Shown piece after piece: positions 58,159-64,000 of a DNA stretch of 64,000 nucleotides. Made by a program: the position numbers and the translations under genes. The notes under the pieces were generated by a model, which saw nothing but the letters and a program-made list of their open reading frames with translations, was not told where the DNA came from and ran no database searches. The stretch's first letter is position 1, and each line of letters opens with the position of its first letter. The DNA is from Deltaproteobacteria bacterium tcs-42 (GTDB lineage: Bacteria > Desulfobacterota > Desulfuromonadia > Desulfuromonadales > Geopsychrobacteraceae): the NCBI GenBank assembly GCA_002049545.1, contig LLYT01000001.1:5605-69604 (forward strand), written 5' to 3'.

Positions 58159-59760
58159 TCAGGCTAAACGTTTACGTAATGCTTCAGACAGGTTCTCTTC
58201 TATTTCTTTCAACTCATCCTCGAAAAAATAGTTTTCAGTGTCAAACGGAAGCAACAAGTCGATCTTGTTTTTTTCCTCATCGTATTTAGCGTGAAATACG
58301 CGATTCATCCACTCCATATTGCGTGCTTCAGTAAACTGCAGGGCAAAACATTTCTCACCACCAATAACCGAGGTGCCAAGAATTGCCAGTTTGCCTGCCG
58401 AAATAGTCATCGAAATATGTCTTGATGGACGGTTGATTGAGGCCAGAGAATTGTAAATTTTACTAAAAACCCGTTCGATATCGGCCATTGGCGCGGCGAA
58501 GTAAAGGTGTTCACCGGTCGGGCGAGCGGCATACATAGAATGGAATCCAATCCCCAGCATCGCCAGGATATTAGCCAGATCAATCCAGTTCTGTGCCGAT
58601 TTATTGACATCAACTTTGCCATTTTTATCGGTAAATAAGCTGATGTGGTTCATGATCGGGCTCTGACTGCGAACCATGACTCCATGCGCCTTCAGTCGCC
58701 TGATAGCGGCAATAGTGCGCGGATTCAGTAATTCGCGCGGGGTAGAAAAATGAGCCATCCACGCCATCTGGATACCATTCTCATAAAGGAGGTCGTAAAG
58801 TTCGAACATCTTCTCGAATTTTTTGGTCAGGATCATCTCTGGTTGAAACGTCAACGCACGAGAACCAAGCCTGATGGTACGGATATGAGACAGTTCCGGA
58901 TCCTCAATAATCGGGGTGATATACTGGGCAAACCGACTGGCTGGCATAAAGCCGCCATCACCACCGGTAATCAGGATATCGGTCACCCCTTTATGGAGCT
59001 TCAGATAGTTGTGCAGCTGAGCTATGTCTTTCTGCAGAAACATATCTTCATCTCCACGCACCTGGGCGTGGCGGAAACAATAGGTACAGAATGAAAAACA
59101 ATTCTGGGTCGTCGTATCAAACACCAGCTGACATTGGGGATATTTGTGCTGACTCCCCTCAAGAAACTCAACCTCCCCCCTATCGTTGTCAAACCAGGGC
59201 TTGTTCAGCTGCTGATTGCCATCGTGAGGATTGGTCTTTTCACTGTAATCGACAACAATACGAGCCCGCTCTTCTGCAGTTTCTGCCTCAACATAAGCCC
59301 TGGTTGCTTCGGGGTCGATCATCCCCGGCTGCGGCAACACCAGTTGATAAAGCGAATCAGTTTTGTAATTATCCCAGTTGATAATATTTAACGAATGGCT
59401 GGTAGCGAGAAACCGATAGACCTCGATATAAAATTCCCGTTCCTTAATTTTATCCAGCTTGACCCCATTTTCTTCAAGGATCTGACAGACTTTTCTGAAT
59501 CCATCAAGCCCGGCGTAATTACTGCCAGCTTTAAAGAGAAATGGTCTGGTTTCACGTAACCCGGAGTGCTGCGGATAATTCACCTCAAGCCGGTTCAAAA
59601 CCCCAGCCGGCAACAGCCGTTCCAACTTGACAATATTGCGGGCCTCTTCACTGAAGTGGTAACGCTCTATCAATGCATTAATATCATCCCCGTTAAAAGA
59701 AGGGTTCACACTGCCTGAAGTTGCCTGGCTTACAATCGAAAGGTTGCCTGGACTTACCAT
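58159..59760 (-). CDS. KamA-like radical SAM/PLP 2,3-aminomutase (non-canonical, 533 aa)
   Basis: HKYP...CFSFCTYCFRH (CxxxCxxC), ILITGGDG, IRLGSR, AHFSTPREL, SAGK candidate PLP Lys. Confidence 0.8.
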   Translation of the reverse strand: MVSPGNLSIVSQATSGSVNPSFNGDDINALIERYHFSEEARNIVKLERLLPAGVLNRLEVNYPQHSGLRETRPFLFKAGSNYAGLDGFRKVCQILEENGVKLDKIKEREFYIEVYRFLATSHSLNIINWDNYKTDSLYQLVLPQPGMIDPEATRAYVEAETAEERARIVVDYSEKTNPHDGNQQLNKPWFDNDRGEVEFLEGSQHKYPQCQLVFDTTTQNCFSFCTYCFRHAQVRGDEDMFLQKDIAQLHNYLKLHKGVTDILITGGDGGFMPASRFAQYITPIIEDPELSHIRTIRLGSRALTFQPEMILTKKFEKMFELYDLLYENGIQMAWMAHFSTPRELLNPRTIAAIRRLKAHGVMVRSQSPIMNHISLFTDKNGKVDVNKSAQNWIDLANILAMLGIGFHSMYAARPTGEHLYFAAPMADIERVFSKIYNSLASINRPSRHISMTISAGKLAILGTSVIGGEKCFALQFTEARNMEWMNRVFHAKYDEEKNKIDLLLPFDTENYFFEDELKEIEENLSEALRKRLA

Positions 59761-59955
59761 GAGAACTCCTTGTCTGCCTATATTGTGCTACTATTTTAAA
59801 AGTTTATTATGTAGCTGTGATGGTGTAAAACGATATAAACATATATTGATGACTTTGATGCATCAATATTGACAGATGCCCTCTGCTGCACCTGGCTTTC
59901 CGTCCAGATGCCTGGAATAACTGCAATACCCTTTACCGATTCTCAATGCCAGGCC

Positions 59956-61488
59956 TTAAATATCAAACTTGATCCCTTGGGCTAATGGCAATGTCCTGCC
60001 GTAATTAATGGTGTTAGTCTGACGCCGCATATACGCCTTCCAGGCATCAGAGCCCGATTCACGGCCACCACCAGTCTCTTTTTCACCACCAAAGGCTCCG
60101 CCGATTTCAGCCCCAGAAGTTCCAATATTGACGTTGGCAATACCACAATCTGAACCAGCTGCAGAGAGGAATTCTTCAGCTTCCAAGAGGTTCTGGGTAA
60201 ATATGGCAGATGACAATCCCTGCACAACGCAATTATGTAATTCAATCGCATTTTCAACGTCACCCCGATACTTGATCAGATAAAGAATTGGCGCAAAGGT
60301 CTCTTCCTGGACAATTTCGTAACTGTTTTCAGCCTCTACAACGGCTGGATTCACGTAACAGCCCGATTCATAACCTTCCCCCTCAAGAACTTCACCACCA
60401 CAAATAACCGAGCCCCCCTCGTCCTCTGCGCGTTCAAGAGCCCTTTTGAATTCACCAACGGCAATTGTATCAATCAGCGGGCCAACATGATTGTTTTCAT
60501 CCAACGGATCACCGATCTTCAGGCCACTGTAGGCTTTGACAATGGTTTCCTTGATCTTGTCGTAGATTGATTCATGAATAATAAGCCGGCGAGTTGAAGT
60601 ACAACGCTGACCGGCGGTGCCCACCGCGCCAAAAACGATGGCTGGCAGTGCAACTTTAAGATCTGCATTTGGAGTCAGAATAATTGCATTGTTGCCGCCA
60701 AGTTCGAGTATCGATTTACCAAACCGTTTAGCGATGATTTGCGCACCGCGCCGCCCCACCTCGGTCGAACCGGTGATCGATATCAAAGGCACCCGTTTGT
60801 CGTTGAGCAGTTTTTCTCCGACAGAAGACCCACGTCCGATAATCAGGCTGAATAATCCTTCGGGAAGGTCATTGGCCTTAATAACCTCTGCCAGAATATT
60901 TTGTACCGCGATGGCCGTCAGAGGCACCTTCGATGAGGGTTTCCACAAGTTTGTGTCGCCACAAACCGTGGCAATCATGGTGTTCCATGACCACACTGCA
61001 ACAGGAAAATTGAACGCGGTGATTGTGCCAACGATTCCAAGCGGATGGTATTGATCGTACATTCGATGTTGTTCACGTTCTGAAACCATCGTGGAACCGT
61101 AAAGCTGCCGAGACTGACCAACCGCGAAGTCACAGATATCAATCATCTCCTGAACCTCGCCCTTCCCTTCCTGTAGTGATTTGCCCATTTCGTAGGAAAC
61201 AAGAGCACCAAGAGCATCTTTATATCTGCGCAGTTGTAAACCAATCTGGCGAACAATTTCACCCCGTTTCGGTGCTGGGACTACTTTCCATTGCTTGAAC
61301 GCCTCAACTCCCCTGGCAACCAGCTTGTCGTAGTCTTCTTCCGAGGCAAGGTAAACACTGGCGATATACTTGCCATCAACGGGTGAAACAATCTTCAATT
61401 CCCCCTGATCGGTAGTGTCATTCCATTCAATACCGGTCGAAGCACCAAAATTCTTTTCCTTAATGCCGAGCTCTTGCATAAAATCCAT
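59956..61488 (-). CDS. Aldehyde dehydrogenase, ALDH7 / aminoadipate-semialdehyde (P6C) dehydrogenase-like
   Basis: [68 protein letters not shown]. Confidence 0.88.
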   Translation of the reverse strand: MDFMQELGIKEKNFGASTGIEWNDTTDQGELKIVSPVDGKYIASVYLASEEDYDKLVARGVEAFKQWKVVPAPKRGEIVRQIGLQLRRYKDALGALVSYEMGKSLQEGKGEVQEMIDICDFAVGQSRQLYGSTMVSEREQHRMYDQYHPLGIVGTITAFNFPVAVWSWNTMIATVCGDTNLWKPSSKVPLTAIAVQNILAEVIKANDLPEGLFSLIIGRGSSVGEKLLNDKRVPLISITGSTEVGRRGAQIIAKRFGKSILELGGNNAIILTPNADLKVALPAIVFGAVGTAGQRCTSTRRLIIHESIYDKIKETIVKAYSGLKIGDPLDENNHVGPLIDTIAVGEFKRALERAEDEGGSVICGGEVLEGEGYESGCYVNPAVVEAENSYEIVQEETFAPILYLIKYRGDVENAIELHNCVVQGLSSAIFTQNLLEAEEFLSAAGSDCGIANVNIGTSGAEIGGAFGGEKETGGGRESGSDAWKAYMRRQTNTINYGRTLPLAQGIKFDI

Positions 61489-61660
61489 TCTATTTCTCCT
61501 TGATCAAAAATATGGATACGCCGATTTTCTAGTTTTTCAAAGGATAAGAAAAAACGAACTAAAGGTGAAATATTGTTTTCCTTTGAGGGATAAATGTATA
61601 AACTATAGCTCTTACCTCAATCAAAATTGTTTAACTAGCACTGAAGAGAGCGATATTGCG

Positions 61661-62506
61661 TTGGAACTTCGAGCCCTACGATATTTTGTTTCTGTCTATG
61701 AAGAATTGAGTTTGAGCCGTGCTGCAAAACGGTGCTTTGTAGCGCAACCATCAGTTTCAGCAGCGATTCATCAGCTGGAATCAGAACTCGATTGCCAGTT
61801 GTTTATTCGTCACTCCAAAGGAGTGAGTCCCACCCGGGATGGAAAAACCTTCTATCCCCATGCTATCAAAGTGATGGGCGATATCCAGGCGATGCAGCAG
61901 TTATTTCAAAATAAAGTTCCGTTACTGCCATTAAAAATCGGCCTCATGCCATTTTTATCCGGGGAGCGGATTGGACAAATTATCAAGGGATGGCTGGACA
62001 ATATTCAGGGATTGGACTTGACTGTTGTAGACTGGAACGAAGAGGCAGACGCAAGGATTGTTTCGAGCACAATGGTTTCGCAGAATGAAAGTTTCAACAA
62101 ACTCTGGTGTGATGAATATGTTCTCGCCATGCCGGCAGGACATCCACTGTCTCTGCAGAAAACTGTCAAGTTACGCCAACTGGATGGAGTCCCTTTTATC
62201 AGTCGAACTTTTTGTGATGCACTCGATTCGTGGAATTTTGCCATCCAGAAACAAAACATCCAGATCAATACGAAAGCGACCTTCAGTACTGAAGAATACG
62301 CACTGGATCTGGTTGCAGCAGGTCTCGGTATTTCGTTGGTTCCAAGTCATTCCACAACCCTGCGCACCGACATTATCACCCGGGAAATAAGTGATATACA
62401 CCTTGAACGTATCGTCGGGCTGGCATATAAAATTGATCATCCCCTGCCATCGCAACTATTAACCACGATCGACAAATTTAAAGATCGTATCGAAAGTGTC
62501 ACCTGA
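61661..62506 (+). CDS. LysR family transcriptional regulator, divergent from the ALDH gene
   Basis: (M)ELRALRYF...SLSRAAKRCFVAQPSVSAAIHQLE; TTG start after GAGAG. Confidence 0.92.
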   Translation: MELRALRYFVSVYEELSLSRAAKRCFVAQPSVSAAIHQLESELDCQLFIRHSKGVSPTRDGKTFYPHAIKVMGDIQAMQQLFQNKVPLLPLKIGLMPFLSGERIGQIIKGWLDNIQGLDLTVVDWNEEADARIVSSTMVSQNESFNKLWCDEYVLAMPAGHPLSLQKTVKLRQLDGVPFISRTFCDALDSWNFAIQKQNIQINTKATFSTEEYALDLVAAGLGISLVPSHSTTLRTDIITREISDIHLERIVGLAYKIDHPLPSQLLTTIDKFKDRIESVT

Positions 62507-62507
62507 T

Positions 62508-63068
62508 ATGCGCATCATCAGTGGAACTGTACGCGGACGTCAATTGACCCCCTTCTCCGGTAAAGAGATCAGGCCGACTCCGGATCGAGTCCGTGAGGCC
62601 CTTTTCAGTATATTAACCAGCCGCTTCGGATCTTTTAATGGTCTCAATATTCTAGAGCTCTTTGCTGGAAGTGGTGCACAAGCACTCGAAGCGCTGAGTC
62701 GCGGAGCGAAATCGGCAGTCCTGGTTGACTCAGGCGATGTCGCCGCAAAAACGATCGTCGAAAATATTAAATGTTGTCGGTTTGAATCGAGTGCCCGTTT
62801 TATCATGCAAGATGTTTTTGCGGCACTACCACAGCTGCCCCCTGCGGCTCCCTTCGATCTGATTCTCCTCGATCCCCCCTATCACCAGAATTTACTACCA
62901 CAAGTTATCGAAAAGATTGCGCACTTGAATTTGCTGGCAGAAAATGGAATAATCTGTGCCGAATCTGCCAAAGATGAAGAACTGAGCGATATCGGGTCGT
63001 TGAGTTTAATTGAAAGCAGAGTCTACGGCTCAACCAGAATCTATCTTTATCGCATGAGCAAAGGTTAG
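62508..63068 (+). CDS. rsmD: 16S rRNA m2G966 methyltransferase
   Basis: MRIISGTVRGR, RPTPDRVREALF, LFAGSG, DPPY. Confidence 0.95.
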   Translation: MRIISGTVRGRQLTPFSGKEIRPTPDRVREALFSILTSRFGSFNGLNILELFAGSGAQALEALSRGAKSAVLVDSGDVAAKTIVENIKCCRFESSARFIMQDVFAALPQLPPAAPFDLILLDPPYHQNLLPQVIEKIAHLNLLAENGIICAESAKDEELSDIGSLSLIESRVYGSTRIYLYRMSKG

Positions 63069-63070
63069 AC

Positions 63071-63568
63071 ATGAATCGTCATATTGCTATTTATCCCGGT
63101 TCTTTTGATCCCCTGACCAATGGACATATGGACATTGTCCGGCGCGGTCTCAAAATTTTTGACACGGTGATCATAGCCGTTGCCAATAATTCCGAAAAGA
63201 ACAGCCTGTTCACGGCTGCTGAGCGGGTTGATATCCTCATGAAATTAACGGCTGACAACCCGCGATTGAAGGTTGAGTCTTTCGATGGTTTACTCGTCAA
63301 TTATGTGGTTGAAAAAAAAGCACGGGTGATCTTGCGGGGATTGCGAGCTGTGACAGACTTTGAATTTGAGTTCCAATTAGCCCAAATGAATCATACCGTC
63401 TGTGAACAGGTAGAGACGTTGTTTATGATGACATCGCCTAAATTCGCTTATCTAAGCTCATCTATCGTCAAAGAGGTTGGTCGATTAGGCGGTGACATCA
63501 GCAAGTTTGTGCCACCCCTGGTCAGAGATGAATTATTGAATAAGTTTGGCCAGAGCGAAATGAAATAG
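63071..63568 (+). CDS. coaD: Phosphopantetheine adenylyltransferase
   Basis: YPGSFDPLTNGH, LRGLRAVTDFEFE, SSSIVKEV. Confidence 0.97.
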   Translation: MNRHIAIYPGSFDPLTNGHMDIVRRGLKIFDTVIIAVANNSEKNSLFTAAERVDILMKLTADNPRLKVESFDGLLVNYVVEKKARVILRGLRAVTDFEFEFQLAQMNHTVCEQVETLFMMTSPKFAYLSSSIVKEVGRLGGDISKFVPPLVRDELLNKFGQSEMK

Positions 63569-63591
63569 TTAAAGTATATCCCTAAGAAATA

Positions 63592-64000
63592 TCACAGAAC
63601 ACCCAGGAATCTATGGGTTTGTGGGATTACCCTCAAGTTTGGATTGATATCTGCGATGAGAGCCTGCATCTGCAAAAGACGGGTTGTAGAAATTCCGATT
63701 TTGTTATCCAAGGTGACTGGCTGCAGAATCATAGGGATATCCTTTGATACCCCTGACACCAGATCCGCTGCCAATTGCAGCTCCAGATCTGGCGTTTGTT
63801 CACCGACGACCAGTTTTACATAACAATCAGCCTCCATTGCTATTTCAAGAAACCTGCGATGCGTCTCCCAGTCAGTTCTTTCACCAGTCAGTGAATGTAG
63901 CTTGATATCCATAGAAACCCAGTCAAGATACTCGACCAAAGATTCTAGCTGGTTGGGTAAAGTACCGTTCGTCTCAAGAAAAACAGGGAGAATTTTACTC
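63592..64000 (-). CDS. queE: 7-carboxy-7-deazaguanine synthase QueE-like radical SAM protein, C-terminal part (5' end outside window)
   Basis: FLETNGT, WVSMDIK, ILQPVT, RVIPQTHRFL. Confidence 0.8.
   Translation of the reverse strand, partial: SKILPVFLETNGTLPNQLESLVEYLDWVSMDIKLHSLTGERTDWETHRRFLEIAMEADCYVKLVVGEQTPDLELQLAADLVSGVSKDIPMILQPVTLDNKIGISTTRLLQMQALIADINPNLRVIPQTHRFLGVL

Noticed and set aside
58159-59760. Calling this gene kamA, ablA or epmB
   Set aside because: Length, motif variants and neighbours do not fit those pathways, so no gene symbol was assigned.
61415-61660. 82-aa N-terminal extension of LysR in the ORF track
   Set aside because: Overlaps the divergent ALDH start and promoter; the LysR HTH begins at TTG 61661.

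Overview
64-kb window of a bacterial chromosome. Gene content suggests an anaerobic deltaproteobacterium of the Desulfuromonadales type (inference). The window appears to span the replication terminus: a near-canonical 28-bp dif site lies at 29855-29882, and the long housekeeping operons on both sides mostly point towards it. Left end: iorAB-paaK-ACT-paaK and tRNA-Pro(GGG). Between the tRNA and dif is about 25 kb of accessory DNA: a five-gene signal-transduction cluster, small cargo genes, IS/MITE scars, and a defence-type island. The island is a type I RM locus (hsdR-hsdS...hsdM) interrupted by three stacked cargo cassettes (DUF3800 + putative RNase + a predicted convergent sRNA; a RhuM/Doc fusion; a Fic toxin with a convergent antitoxin), each followed by a copy of the hsdM 5' end. 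The hsd sequences carry a family of 23-34-nt palindromic elements, and the three insertions whose boundaries can be tested preserve frame. Right of dif: core genes (qor, recG, greA, carAB, pyrRBC with a PyrR attenuator, lepAB, amino-acid ABC transporter, azlCD, yhbY, dgt, rocD, rsmD, coaD, queE). At 54-62.5 kb a LysR-linked cluster combines an ALDH7-like dehydrogenase, a KamA-like radical-SAM aminomutase, PcaIJ-like CoA transferase, a GSA-like class III aminotransferase and a PcaF-like thiolase. I propose it encodes an apparently undescribed aminoadipate/lysine to 3-oxoadipate catabolic route. All family assignments come from motif recognition by eye; no database search was run.
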